DNA from: Acutalibacteraceae bacterium
GTDB lineage: Bacteria > Bacillota > Clostridia > Oscillospirales > Acutalibacteraceae
Assembly: GCA_045593535.1 (NCBI GenBank)
Contig: JAZNWW010000024.1
Span: 1,052-65,051 of the forward strand
Length of the DNA: 64,000 nucleotides
Direction of reading: 5' to 3'
The notes under the pieces: model-generated
What the model was told of the DNA's origin: nothing
Database searches by the model: none
Seen by the model: the letters and a program-made list of their open reading frames with translations, nothing else
In this document: one piece after another, positions 12,067-21,691 of the stretch
Layout: each line of letters opens with the position of its first letter
How positions within the stretch are numbered: position 1 is the first letter of the stretch
Made by a program: the position numbers and the translations under genes

Positions 12067-13416
12067 TTACATCTCGGAACCGTTATTCTCTATTATTTTT
12101 TTGTACCAATAAAAAGATTTTTTAGGTATACGATTCAAATTATTGTAATCAACATATACAAGACCAAAACGTGGCGAATATCCATAAGCCCATTCAAAAT
12201 TATCCATAAAGGACCAATACATATAGCCCGCAACGTCAACGCCATCGTCAATTGCTCGGCTTAATTCTTTTAAATAACCGCTCATATAATCTATTCGATT
12301 TTGGTCGTATACCTTGCCGTCAGCAGAAATTGAATCATGGCAAGACATACCGTTTTCAGTAATCAGAATTGGCTTTTTATAGCGTTCATATAAGAATTTA
12401 GGTGACCAATATAAGGATTTTGGAGTTACAGGCCATCCCATTGAATTAACCGCAGTTTCCATCGGGTGATTTACACGCTCATAACCTTTTTCAGTAGCAC
12501 GGATAAGACTTCCATTATAAATATTCTGACCGTAAAAATCAATCGGTTCGGAAATTATTTTCAAATCTTCTTTATAATTGCTCGGTAAATATTTTTCAAG
12601 TTTTTTGAAGGCTTCGGTGTCTTCGGGATAATGCCCTAACATAATCGGGTCGCTCCACCAGGATACACTTTTTACGCACAATTCAGCAGGAACATCAAAA
12701 TAACATTTTCTTGCTGCTTCAATATCTTCAGGCGAATCACTTGCAGGTATTGTAACTGAACCTTTTGGAGCATAACCAATCTTTCCGTCAGGAACCATTT
12801 TTCTAAACTCTCTTACTGCAAGACCGTGGGCTAACATAATATTATGTGCCTTTACTACAAGTTCACTGTTCTGACACTTTAATCCTGGAGCCTGTGTTCC
12901 ATAATAATAGCCATTGCCGATAAAGCATTGCGGTTCATTAAATGTAATAAAATGCTTTGCTCTGTCTCCAAATACTTTAAACACTACTTTTGCATATTCT
13001 AAAAACCATTTAGGACTATCAGGATTGCTCCAATTCCCCTTTTTTTCTAATTCGAAAGGTAAATCCCAATGAAATAATGTAACGTAAGGAGTTATTCCGT
13101 TTTCAAGAAGACAATCAATAAGACGATTATAAAAATCTATTCCCTTTTGATTAACTTCGCCAACACCATCAGGAATAATGCGAGGCCAAGCGATAGAAAA
13201 TCTGTATGCTTTGACTCCTAACTCTTTCATAAGCTTGATATCTTCCTCAAACCTATGATAATGGTCACAGGCAATTTCACCGGTATGACCATTAAAGCAT
13301 CTTCCATCAGAGGAATAAACATCCCAAATACTTAAACCTCTGCCGTCTTCAAACGCAGCACCTTCAATTTGATATGAAGATGTAGCCACTCCCCAAACAA
13401 AATTTTCTTTAAACAT
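12067..13416 (-). CDS. GH1 beta-glucosidase / 6-phospho-beta-glucosidase
   Basis: FVWGVATSSYQIEGA, acid/base TFNEPQCF, nucleophile ITENGMS. The start is moved to the ATG at 13416 (MFKENFVWG). Confidence 0.9.
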   Translation of the reverse strand: MFKENFVWGVATSSYQIEGAAFEDGRGLSIWDVYSSDGRCFNGHTGEIACDHYHRFEEDIKLMKELGVKAYRFSIAWPRIIPDGVGEVNQKGIDFYNRLIDCLLENGITPYVTLFHWDLPFELEKKGNWSNPDSPKWFLEYAKVVFKVFGDRAKHFITFNEPQCFIGNGYYYGTQAPGLKCQNSELVVKAHNIMLAHGLAVREFRKMVPDGKIGYAPKGSVTIPASDSPEDIEAARKCYFDVPAELCVKSVSWWSDPIMLGHYPEDTEAFKKLEKYLPSNYKEDLKIISEPIDFYGQNIYNGSLIRATEKGYERVNHPMETAVNSMGWPVTPKSLYWSPKFLYERYKKPILITENGMSCHDSISADGKVYDQNRIDYMSGYLKELSRAIDDGVDVAGYMYWSFMDNFEWAYGYSPRFGLVYVDYNNLNRIPKKSFYWYKKIIENNGSEM

Positions 13417-13480
13417 TTCTCTTTCCCCCATTATCGTTTGAATGTAAAACCATATTTTTATCGTTATCTAAAAAATTCCA

Positions 13481-13510
13481 TTGACAAATCGCTCAATTAT
13501 CGATTATAAT
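13481..13510 (+). promoter_or_regulatory. Sigma-A-type promoter for the DeoR gene
   Basis: TTGACA (13481-13486), 18-nt spacer, TATAAT (13505-13510), 54 nt upstream of the ATG at 13564. Confidence 0.55.
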
Positions 13511-13521
13511 AAGTTTGTTAT

Positions 13522-13541
13522 AATCAAAATTCAATCAAAAT
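13522..13541 (+). promoter_or_regulatory. Direct repeat AATCAAAAT x2, candidate operator
   Basis: Identical 9-mers at 13522-13530 and 13533-13541, 11 bp start to start, between the -10 and the SD of the DeoR gene. Confidence 0.25.
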
Positions 13542-13563
13542 GTTGTGAAGGAATTGAATCTTT

Positions 13564-14265
13564 ATGTCAATTTTTAATCGTGAAAATCAATACATTAATT
13601 TTCTTGCTCAGCGCCCGCATACAGTCAAAGAACTTGCTCAAAAGCTTTTCATAAGTGAACCTACTGTGCGCAGAGATGTCATTACCCTTCAAAAAAGAAA
13701 TTTATTATCCTGTAGGCGTGGTGTTGTAACATTAAAAACCAATTCTCCTAATCAGCGAATACCATTATTCATCCGTGATATGGAGCAAAACGAGGCTAAG
13801 AAAGAAATAGCAATCAAAGCAATATCTCACATAAAAGACGGTTATGTAATTATGCTGGATGCTTCTACAACAGCATTTTACATACTACCTCTGCTGACAA
13901 ACTTTAAAAACATACTTATAATAACTAACGGTGCAAAAACCTTAATTGAAGCTGCATCTATGGGAATACAAACCATTTCTACCGGCGGCGAAATAACACA
14001 CGAATCTTTTTCCCACGTAGGACCTGATGCGGAAAACACATTAAACCGTTATAATGCTGATATCGCCTTTTTCTCCTGCCGAGGAATTTCAAATGAAGGA
14101 ATTGCAACCGATAATTCTATCTTAGAAAACAATATCCGCAGAATAATGATAAAAAATTCAAAAGAAAGTTTTTTATTATGTGATAAAAATAAATTCAACA
14201 AAACATATCTCAATACATTATGTGATACAAAAGATATTTCCGGTATCATAAGCAACACCAAATAA
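13564..14265 (+). CDS. DeoR-family transcriptional regulator
   Basis: N-terminal wHTH (VKELAQKLFISEPTVRRDV) and a C-terminal DeoR sugar-phosphate sensor domain, 233 aa. Confidence 0.85.
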   Translation: MSIFNRENQYINFLAQRPHTVKELAQKLFISEPTVRRDVITLQKRNLLSCRRGVVTLKTNSPNQRIPLFIRDMEQNEAKKEIAIKAISHIKDGYVIMLDASTTAFYILPLLTNFKNILIITNGAKTLIEAASMGIQTISTGGEITHESFSHVGPDAENTLNRYNADIAFFSCRGISNEGIATDNSILENNIRRIMIKNSKESFLLCDKNKFNKTYLNTLCDTKDISGIISNTK

Positions 14266-14285
14266 TATATCACTTTATTATTAAC

Positions 14286-14314
14286 TCCCCCTTATAAATA
14301 AGGGGGAATTTTTA
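14286..14314 (+). terminator. Intrinsic terminator between convergent genes
   Basis: A 9-bp stem TCCCCCTTA/TAAGGGGGA with a TAAA loop (14286-14307), followed by a T-run. Confidence 0.7.
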
Positions 14315-14331
14315 TTTATAGAAATTAGATA

Positions 14332-15636
14332 CTATTTAACTATATCATCAATTATCCCTAAATCCCAACAAAGTCTTGACAAGACATACTTATCCCGTAT
14401 ATCTTTTGTCGCTTTAAAAGTTATTGGTAATATACTACTTGGCAATCCAATATCTTCAAGTGTTTTGGGCGCACCGAGTTTGTCGAGTAACCCATCTATT
14501 TCTTTTGACGAAGGTAATTCTTCGTCAATTATTTTCAAAATACTGTCCCAATTATCTATGATTTTTTCTAACCGTTTTGCATGAAGGTCTTTATCGTATT
14601 TCTGCTCTTTCTGTTCAAGGGCAATCATACATTCTGCGCCTTTGCCGACAAACTTTCTAAGCTGGCAGCTCCATTCATCATAGTTGAACTTTGAAACATA
14701 TTCTAAAGCTTTTTGTCTATCCGGTGTGATAGTCTTTATCTGCTCATACAATTTAACTGCTATTAAGGTGCCTATGCTACATTGAATACCATGATAGCTG
14801 ACAGGCGTGCCGAATTCCGCTCCACGCATATCCCATATATGAGAAAGATAATGCTCTATACCGGATGCAGGTCGTGAAATTCCGACAAATTTCATCGCTG
14901 CCCCACAAATAACTAAACCCTCGAAAACCGCCTTGACTGCTTCTTTGTCACGCTTCAAGAGTTCGTCCGCATTGTCTACGCATTTTTTAAGAGCCTCCCT
15001 AACCAAGCTTGCTACATCTTGACAGTAATACTCATCTGTTATAATGTGTGCTATTCTCCATTCACATATTGATACATATTTAGCAAGCATATCGCCAAGT
15101 CCTGATATCATCATTTTTAAAGGAGCATCACAAAGAATATCTAAATCACCTAAAATAACATCAGCACATTTGCTATCAAGGGACATTTTCAATCCCTCCA
15201 TTGTCATAGAGGACGATGCTGATGCATAACCATCCATAGATGGTGCTGTCGCTACTATAATATAAGGTTTATTAGCTACCGTTGCAACTATTTTACAGAT
15301 ATCATTTATTACACCCGAGCCGACACCAATTACAACATCACAGTCGGGATTGTAATGCATAATAGCCAATCCAACATTTGTTTCATCAGGTTCTAAGTTA
15401 TCCTTATTAAATACATATTTTTTTACCTCAAAACTACTGCCACTCAAAAGGTTCACAACTCTTTTTCCTGCGGCAAAATATGTATTATTATCAGCAAAAA
15501 CAAAAGGCTTTTTAAAATTTTTAGATTTTAAAATTGACGGCAAATCAGAAAGCACTCCTGAGCCTATTATAATTTCCGATTCGAAAATATGCTCTTTGCC
15601 GCAATTACAGCCAATTGTTTTTAATTTTGTAAACAT
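14332..15636 (-). CDS. Fe/Zn-ADH-superfamily enzyme, sn-glycerol-1-phosphate dehydrogenase (AraM/EgsA)-like
   Basis: GVGSGVINDICK nucleotide loop, SGLGDMLAK and GIEHYLSH / HGIQC metal ligand blocks, 434 aa. Confidence 0.55.
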   Translation of the reverse strand: MFTKLKTIGCNCGKEHIFESEIIIGSGVLSDLPSILKSKNFKKPFVFADNNTYFAAGKRVVNLLSGSSFEVKKYVFNKDNLEPDETNVGLAIMHYNPDCDVVIGVGSGVINDICKIVATVANKPYIIVATAPSMDGYASASSSMTMEGLKMSLDSKCADVILGDLDILCDAPLKMMISGLGDMLAKYVSICEWRIAHIITDEYYCQDVASLVREALKKCVDNADELLKRDKEAVKAVFEGLVICGAAMKFVGISRPASGIEHYLSHIWDMRGAEFGTPVSYHGIQCSIGTLIAVKLYEQIKTITPDRQKALEYVSKFNYDEWSCQLRKFVGKGAECMIALEQKEQKYDKDLHAKRLEKIIDNWDSILKIIDEELPSSKEIDGLLDKLGAPKTLEDIGLPSSILPITFKATKDIRDKYVLSRLCWDLGIIDDIVK

Positions 15637-15667
15637 ATGCTCATACCCTTATAATATTTTTTGTTTT

Positions 15668-15700
15668 GTTCAAGACAGGTGGTTTAGACCTGTCTTGAAC
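15668..15700 (-). terminator. Strong hairpin downstream of the 1986-aa gene
   Basis: Perfect 13-bp stem GTTCAAGACAGGT/ACCTGTCTTGAAC with a 7-nt loop. There is no clean U-tract on the minus strand. Confidence 0.5.
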
Positions 15701-15713
15701 CTTTTAAAACACT

Positions 15714-18700
15714 TTAAATTGCCTTACGACGTTTCCTGATTTTGAAAACTATCAAAGTTGCTATTCCGCCAAGCAATAATACACCTGCCGTACTAGCACA
15801 AATAATAATTATTAGTTGTGTATTAGAAATTGCATTTGCCGATGTGGAGGTTTCCCCTGTAGGAACAACGTGAATATCATCAAAATACAAACTCATATTC
15901 TTTGGCGTTCTAAGGAAGATATGCTCATCCCCTGCGACAAAGGTTGTTTTGTATTCTTTCCATGTCTTAGAATCCACATCTTTAAACTCTATTACTTCTC
16001 CATTAGCAGTAAGCTCGGCAGCAATATCAGGATGCTTTGAGAATACTAATTCAACATTACCTGAAAGAGCCTCTGCCGAATCACTTTTGAGTCTTATGGT
16101 AATATCATATTGCTTACCAGCCTCAAGAGTGTTTTCATATGAAAGCAAGAATGTCGGAGAAACTTCAGCATTAGATAAACAATGCATAGATTTCATACCA
16201 TTACGGTTATAGGCAGGTAAATATCCTGATGCACCTGGCTTATGATGATCTACCGCTGAATTGTAATCATATTCGGGATCATAGTTACCCTCAAAATCAA
16301 TCTCGAATCCCGTTGCAATCCATTTAGCATAAAGAACGGTGTTATAATCCGGGAATGTAGTGTGTTCACATTTAAGGTTAAGGTCGTAGAAATGATACCA
16401 ACCCACAAATTTATATCCGTAACGTGTAGGTTCGGGAAGCTTTGGCAATTTAGAACGAGCTTGACCATGAATTGGTTCACACTTTGAGCCACCGTTTACT
16501 ATGAAACTAATAATTACGTCTTCGCTCTCTCTTGTTGAAGAATACTTGTTTGAATTAAATACACGTAAAACAGGTGTACCACCATCAACCTCTTTCCAAA
16601 TCTTTTGGAAATCAAAGCCTTCCATCAATTTTTTTCCTTCAGTGCCCTGCATAAATTTAAGAATTGTATAACTAACTCCTACAGGACGAGGAGTATCCAC
16701 CGTACTATCAGAATATACATTTTCATAATTAGTACTCTTAATACCTTTATTGGAAACTATATGGTCTCTATCGGGTGTAGAGGCATAACAATTCTTAATT
16801 GTACTGAAATTGTCATCATTAGTCCAACTGTTACCAAGTAAAGTTCCTGTATGAGATATACCTGTAAGAGTTCCGGTGAAATAACAGTTTTCAAGTGTTA
16901 CTGGTGCTTTTCCGGCAACACCGCACAACAAACCGCCGGCATAACATGCTTCTACATAAACGGTATCATCTGCAAAGCACTGACTTAACTTAGGCTCTGT
17001 TGTACCTTCAAAATTCTTTGCACTGTTAACAAATGCTCCAAAAGGCGCAGCATAGGTTTCTTCCGTACCGTTAAGCGCAATTATTGAAGAGTTTACTATT
17101 CCCAACTTTTCAATATATGCGTTTCTTGCTAAATGTGGGAACAATGCCGCCCACTTAACAGAACCGTCAGTAGCATTATAATAAAGTCCTGAAATAATGT
17201 GTCCGTTACCGTTAAGATGACCACTGAACACTATATTACCTTCTTTATCTATAATCCAACTTTTTGCATTCTTTTTCCAGTTAGATTTTGATGTGTCGTT
17301 TAATTTGAGGTCTGCAGTTATCTTATAATACGTAAGTTCTTCAGCAGAATCCTTAACGCATTTTGCAAGTTGTTCGGGAGTTTCTATTAGGTAGGGATTA
17401 TTTTTAGTTCCGCTACCTCCTGCATATTTCATGGCAATTTTTCCCGACCATACTCTGCCCTTTACGCCTTCATCAAATCCCATATCATCATAAGTGATTT
17501 CCTTGATTGCAATATCATCGATATAAAGACTGAGTTCTTCAGCCCACCAACGATTGTTTTGGGTAGTTATTGCTAAAAACAAGGGTGCTACACTATCTCC
17601 TGTGCAGAACTTAAAGGTAGTCGTTACCCATTTTTTAGAAACATCATTATGATCGATTATCTCTTCATTAACCCTTCCGTAATCAACCACCTGCTCATAC
17701 TTAACGTTAACCTTGTCGCCAACCTCTTGTCTAAGCCTGATTTCTATCTGTTTTCCCTCTTTGAGTTCACTAAGCTTATATTTAAGAGTTATTTGATAGA
17801 AGGAATTAGCTCTCGGTGTAAACTGAAGTTGATTCTTATCATACAGCATAATAGCGGTAGGCCATTGTTTTTCATAACCTTGAGCACGTATTACCTTTAT
17901 AGCATTACTGCCACCTATACCTGAACCCTTTTGGAAAAAGGCATCGTACTGAGTCAATCGGCCTTGTTCGGTACCGATACCCATACTACTCATAGTACCC
18001 AAGAAATTACCATCTACATGATAGTCACGTTTGTCAGACTGCTCAATCTTTGTGAATACAACATCCTTTTCATCGTAAGTATTTTTAGAATTGGGACTCA
18101 CGTAAGGTTCTTTCATTTCTTGCTTGGTGATTTCTTTGATTTCAATATTATCAATGTAGAATTCCAGTTCCTCAGCCCACCAACGATTGTTTTCGGTAGT
18201 TATAGCCAAAAACAGTGATTCTACTTCATCACCGGTAGCAAACTTCATTGTTGCTTCAATCCATTTTTCCGATATTGCATAGTTATCTACACGACGTTCG
18301 TTTACAACACCGTACTCCATAACGTTTTCGTATTTAACATTAACCTTACCGTTTACGGTCTGGCGCAAACGCAATTTAATTTGTTTACCTGATTTAAGGC
18401 TACTCAACTTATATTTTAAGGTTATCTTATAATACGCATTTGCTTTAGGTGTAAATGCATTATGGTTACCATCGTAAATCATAACCGATGCCGGCCATTG
18501 ATTTTCATAACCTTGAGCACGTATCACCTTTACGGCATTACCGCCGTTTATACCTGCACCTTCTTCAACAAAGGCATCGAACTGTGCGAAACGACCATGC
18601 TCTGTTCCTACTCCTATGCTGCTTTTAGAAGCCAAGAAATTACCGTCAACCTTATAGTCACGCTTATCAGACTGTTCCATTTTAGTGAAGGTAATATCAT

Positions 18701-21650
18701 CTTCATCATAAGTATTTATAGAATCAGGACTGCTGTAAGCCTTGTTCATTTCTTCTTCGGTGATTTTTTCGATTATAATATCATCGATGTAGAATTCAAG
18801 TTCTTCAGCCCACCATTTTGTATTTTCGGTAGTGATTGCAAGATAAAGCGCCTCTACATCGTTGCCGGTAGCAAACTTAAACTCGGTTTTTACCCATGCA
18901 TTTGATACGGACGCATTCTCAATTCTCTTTTGATTTATTATTCCATATTCAACAACGTTTTCGTATTCTACATTAACCTTGCCATCTGTTTTCTCTCTCA
19001 AGCGGAGTTTTAACTCTTTTCCGCTTGCAAGAGAGCTCAGCTTATATTTAAGACTTATTTTATAATACGAATTTGTTTCAGGAACAAAGGAAGAACCATC
19101 AAAATCATAAAGCATAACAGCGGTTTGCCACTGCCACTCGTATCCTCTTGCTCTAATAACCTTAAGGGCGTTACTTCCGTTAAGTCCAACACCGGGTTCT
19201 ACCCACGCATCATACTGGGTAAACTGACCTTTTTCGTTTGTTGCGGTAAAGTTACTAATTGTAGCGTTAAAGTTGCCTTCAACCTGATAATCACGTTTGT
19301 CTTCCTGCTCGATTTTTGTAAAGGTTGCACCCTCTTGATCATAGTTGTTATAAACCGTGTCACCCGAAGTAATTGGATCGAGTTTAGCATAGATAATGGT
19401 ATAATCCTTTACCAAGGCACTGTCATCAGCCTTTATAGTAAATCCAGAATCTATATAAAATCCACCAAAGGTGTAACCTAATCTTGCGGGTTTTGTAAGA
19501 TCTGCAAAGGTAGTATCCTTCGATACACCTATGTTCACTTTTTCAAAAGAATTTATCTGATACCCAACAACATAATCATAAAATCTACGCAGCTGCGGAT
19601 AATCAAACGTAGTCATATATACGTTATCAAAATCCAAATTAGGCATATTAGTCTTCGCAACAGCGCCTATCATATCGTCAAGAGTAAGTGTAGTCCATCT
19701 TGTTCCGCCGTTTTCCTGCAAAGCATAATTATTCTTTGATTGTCCGAGGTCAGCAGTACCTTCGGAAAACCTGCCGTTAGTATAACAGCCTGTAATGTAG
19801 TATCTGTTATATGTGGACCACAAATTACCAACTATTCCGCCAGAACTTGCGGCATCAATAGTTGCAAGTGAGTAACAATTACTAATTGTTACCCTTACAC
19901 TTTTGTTTTTGTTTGTCGGAGCGCCACCGCCTGTAATACCGCCTATCTTCTTCTCAGCTTTAAGATAAACGCTTTTTCCAACGTAACATCCATCTATTTC
20001 AACCGAATCTGCGGTTTGAACGGTACCTACAACTGCACCTGTTCTATATTCGGAATTATGAATAACAAAAGCATCTTCAATACCTATATTCTTTATTGTC
20101 GCTTTGTTAACAGATGGAATAAGTCCTGCAGATAATTGACTGGTACCATTATCATAAAACAAACCGTAAACTATATGTCCGTTACCGTTTATTTCACCGC
20201 TAAAAGCACAATCAGACTTAACATACCATTCTAAAGGTTCGGTATCAGCGTTATTAGTATAACTGCCGTTTTCTGCATTAACTTTAATATCATTAAGGTA
20301 AATATCGTTTAAAAGCTCATATTTTCCGCCGTTATTACCATCGTTGGCAATAACCCAAGCAAGTTCAGAGGGATATGTAATGTCAATATATCCATCACCA
20401 TCAGCATCCGTTACCGGCTTGCTTTCTGCACCATTCCATATTGGAGCATCAGGTGGTGCCTCACGCCATTTGGTGTAAATATCGCTATATTCATATACTA
20501 AATCCGTATCCTGTGCTTTAACAGTAAGATTTTTGTCAAGATAAAAGCCTTCAAACATATAACCGGGATATTTAGGACTCTCCAAATCCGCAAAGGTAGT
20601 ATCAGCTAAAACTTGATAAGTAATTGTATCAGCATTAGTTATATGACACACAACCTGATAGCACTGAAATACTCTTAATACCGGAAAGGTATCTGTTGTT
20701 ATAAAAACATTTTCAAAATCTAAAGCCGACATATTGATTGCCGCTGCTGTACCTTGCATCTCGTCTTCGGTGAGTATATTAACGCCGTCACCTGATTTTG
20801 ACAAAGCAGTAGCATAGCAAGAAGAAAGGTCTGTATTCGAACCTGTGGGTTTATTATTTCCATAAAGCTTTCCTATACAGAATGAGCTAGAAATGCTCTT
20901 TGTATTAGGAGTCCACACATCGCCCAAAATTCCGCCAGCCTTACCGCCGTTTGAAACTGCATTTTGTGTGGGAATAAGTGAATATGAATTCTCAATACTA
21001 ACTGTACTGGTACCGCCTTGTGCTACAAATGCGGCGGTAGAATATCCTTTAAGTGTAACATTTTCACCCACATAGCAACTGTCAAATTTTATAACACCTT
21101 TATTCTGACGGGCAACAAAAGGAGAAACTGCGCTTGCACCGTGCAGATAAACATAATCCATACCGATATTTTTAAATTCTACGGTAGCACTACCCCAGTT
21201 TTCAGTAAGCAAGCCCACACCTTTTCCGTTACTATTGCCTTCCACATAAGATGAGGGTTTTTTATCAATATATAAGCCGTATATAGTATGACCGTCACCA
21301 TCAATATAACCTCTGAATGCAGTAGGTGTCCAAGTTTTTACACTATATCCGCTTTGTACTTCACCTGTGGACCAATTTATCTTTGTGATATCATTAAGAT
21401 AAATATCTGCGGCAAGCTTATATCGAACGTTCTGTCCGCGAACATTTTGCATTATATCAGCAAATTCTTCTGCTGTAGAAATAATATATGGATCACTACT
21501 TGTTCCGCTACCTTGGGTAGGCGCTATTTCGTTTCCGCTCCAATATGGCGTAACATCTTGTGCAAAAATGTTTAACCCAACTACAGATATGCTGGAAATA
21601 AGCACAGCAATAGTGAGAATTAAACTTAAAACACTCTTTCGTAATCTCAA
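15714..21650 (-). CDS. Giant membrane-anchored, apparently non-catalytic surface protein
   Basis: Modules in order: signal peptide; three beta-helix/GLUG-like modules (FxGxxDGNGHxIxGLY, GGIxG); Listeria-Bacteroides (Flg_new)-type repeats (GYxFxGFY). Then 3+1 binding-like modules and a C-terminal TM helix with a KIRKRRKAI tail. The likely start is TTG at 21650, with AGGAG 7 nt upstream, giving MRLRKSVLSLIL. Confidence 0.8.
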   Translation of the reverse strand: MRLRKSVLSLILTIAVLISSISVVGLNIFAQDVTPYWSGNEIAPTQGSGTSSDPYIISTAEEFADIMQNVRGQNVRYKLAADIYLNDITKINWSTGEVQSGYSVKTWTPTAFRGYIDGDGHTIYGLYIDKKPSSYVEGNSNGKGVGLLTENWGSATVEFKNIGMDYVYLHGASAVSPFVARQNKGVIKFDSCYVGENVTLKGYSTAAFVAQGGTSTVSIENSYSLIPTQNAVSNGGKAGGILGDVWTPNTKSISSSFCIGKLYGNNKPTGSNTDLSSCYATALSKSGDGVNILTEDEMQGTAAAINMSALDFENVFITTDTFPVLRVFQCYQVVCHITNADTITYQVLADTTFADLESPKYPGYMFEGFYLDKNLTVKAQDTDLVYEYSDIYTKWREAPPDAPIWNGAESKPVTDADGDGYIDITYPSELAWVIANDGNNGGKYELLNDIYLNDIKVNAENGSYTNNADTEPLEWYVKSDCAFSGEINGNGHIVYGLFYDNGTSQLSAGLIPSVNKATIKNIGIEDAFVIHNSEYRTGAVVGTVQTADSVEIDGCYVGKSVYLKAEKKIGGITGGGAPTNKNKSVRVTISNCYSLATIDAASSGGIVGNLWSTYNRYYITGCYTNGRFSEGTADLGQSKNNYALQENGGTRWTTLTLDDMIGAVAKTNMPNLDFDNVYMTTFDYPQLRRFYDYVVGYQINSFEKVNIGVSKDTTFADLTKPARLGYTFGGFYIDSGFTIKADDSALVKDYTIIYAKLDPITSGDTVYNNYDQEGATFTKIEQEDKRDYQVEGNFNATISNFTATNEKGQFTQYDAWVEPGVGLNGSNALKVIRARGYEWQWQTAVMLYDFDGSSFVPETNSYYKISLKYKLSSLASGKELKLRLREKTDGKVNVEYENVVEYGIINQKRIENASVSNAWVKTEFKFATGNDVEALYLAITTENTKWWAEELEFYIDDIIIEKITEEEMNKAYSSPDSINTYDEDDITFTKMEQSDKRDYKVDGNFLASKSSIGVGTEHGRFAQFDAFVEEGAGINGGNAVKVIRAQGYENQWPASVMIYDGNHNAFTPKANAYYKITLKYKLSSLKSGKQIKLRLRQTVNGKVNVKYENVMEYGVVNERRVDNYAISEKWIEATMKFATGDEVESLFLAITTENNRWWAEELEFYIDNIEIKEITKQEMKEPYVSPNSKNTYDEKDVVFTKIEQSDKRDYHVDGNFLGTMSSMGIGTEQGRLTQYDAFFQKGSGIGGSNAIKVIRAQGYEKQWPTAIMLYDKNQLQFTPRANSFYQITLKYKLSELKEGKQIEIRLRQEVGDKVNVKYEQVVDYGRVNEEIIDHNDVSKKWVTTTFKFCTGDSVAPLFLAITTQNNRWWAEELSLYIDDIAIKEITYDDMGFDEGVKGRVWSGKIAMKYAGGSGTKNNPYLIETPEQLAKCVKDSAEELTYYKITADLKLNDTSKSNWKKNAKSWIIDKEGNIVFSGHLNGNGHIISGLYYNATDGSVKWAALFPHLARNAYIEKLGIVNSSIIALNGTEETYAAPFGAFVNSAKNFEGTTEPKLSQCFADDTVYVEACYAGGLLCGVAGKAPVTLENCYFTGTLTGISHTGTLLGNSWTNDDNFSTIKNCYASTPDRDHIVSNKGIKSTNYENVYSDSTVDTPRPVGVSYTILKFMQGTEGKKLMEGFDFQKIWKEVDGGTPVLRVFNSNKYSSTRESEDVIISFIVNGGSKCEPIHGQARSKLPKLPEPTRYGYKFVGWYHFYDLNLKCEHTTFPDYNTVLYAKWIATGFEIDFEGNYDPEYDYNSAVDHHKPGASGYLPAYNRNGMKSMHCLSNAEVSPTFLLSYENTLEAGKQYDITIRLKSDSAEALSGNVELVFSKHPDIAAELTANGEVIEFKDVDSKTWKEYKTTFVAGDEHIFLRTPKNMSLYFDDIHVVPTGETSTSANAISNTQLIIIICASTAGVLLLGGIATLIVFKIRKRRKAI
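17475..19365 (-). repeat. Three tandem in-frame repeats of about 635 bp (about 210 aa) inside the giant gene
   Basis: Each repeat ends in WWAEELEFYIDDIIIEKIT-like sequence. The recurrences are near 17536, 18170 and 18800. By eye the copies are roughly two-thirds identical at protein level. Confidence 0.8.
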
Positions 21651-21691
21651 ACCAATGCTCCTTTCATAAAACATTTATACCAAATCAAAAT

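Noticed and set aside
15714-15860. Possible sortase (LPXTG) sorting signal at the C-terminus of the 1986-aa protein
   Set aside because: The sequence is ...HVVPTGETSTS..., then a TM helix, then KIRKRRKAI. VPTG lacks the residue between P and T required for LPXTG/PPKTG-type motifs, so I treat it as a plain TM anchor.
17649-18905. Several + strand ORFs (91, 95 and 147 aa) inside the giant surface-protein gene
   Set aside because: They are antisense shadow ORFs that recur because the sense strand is a tandem repeat. None has a start context.
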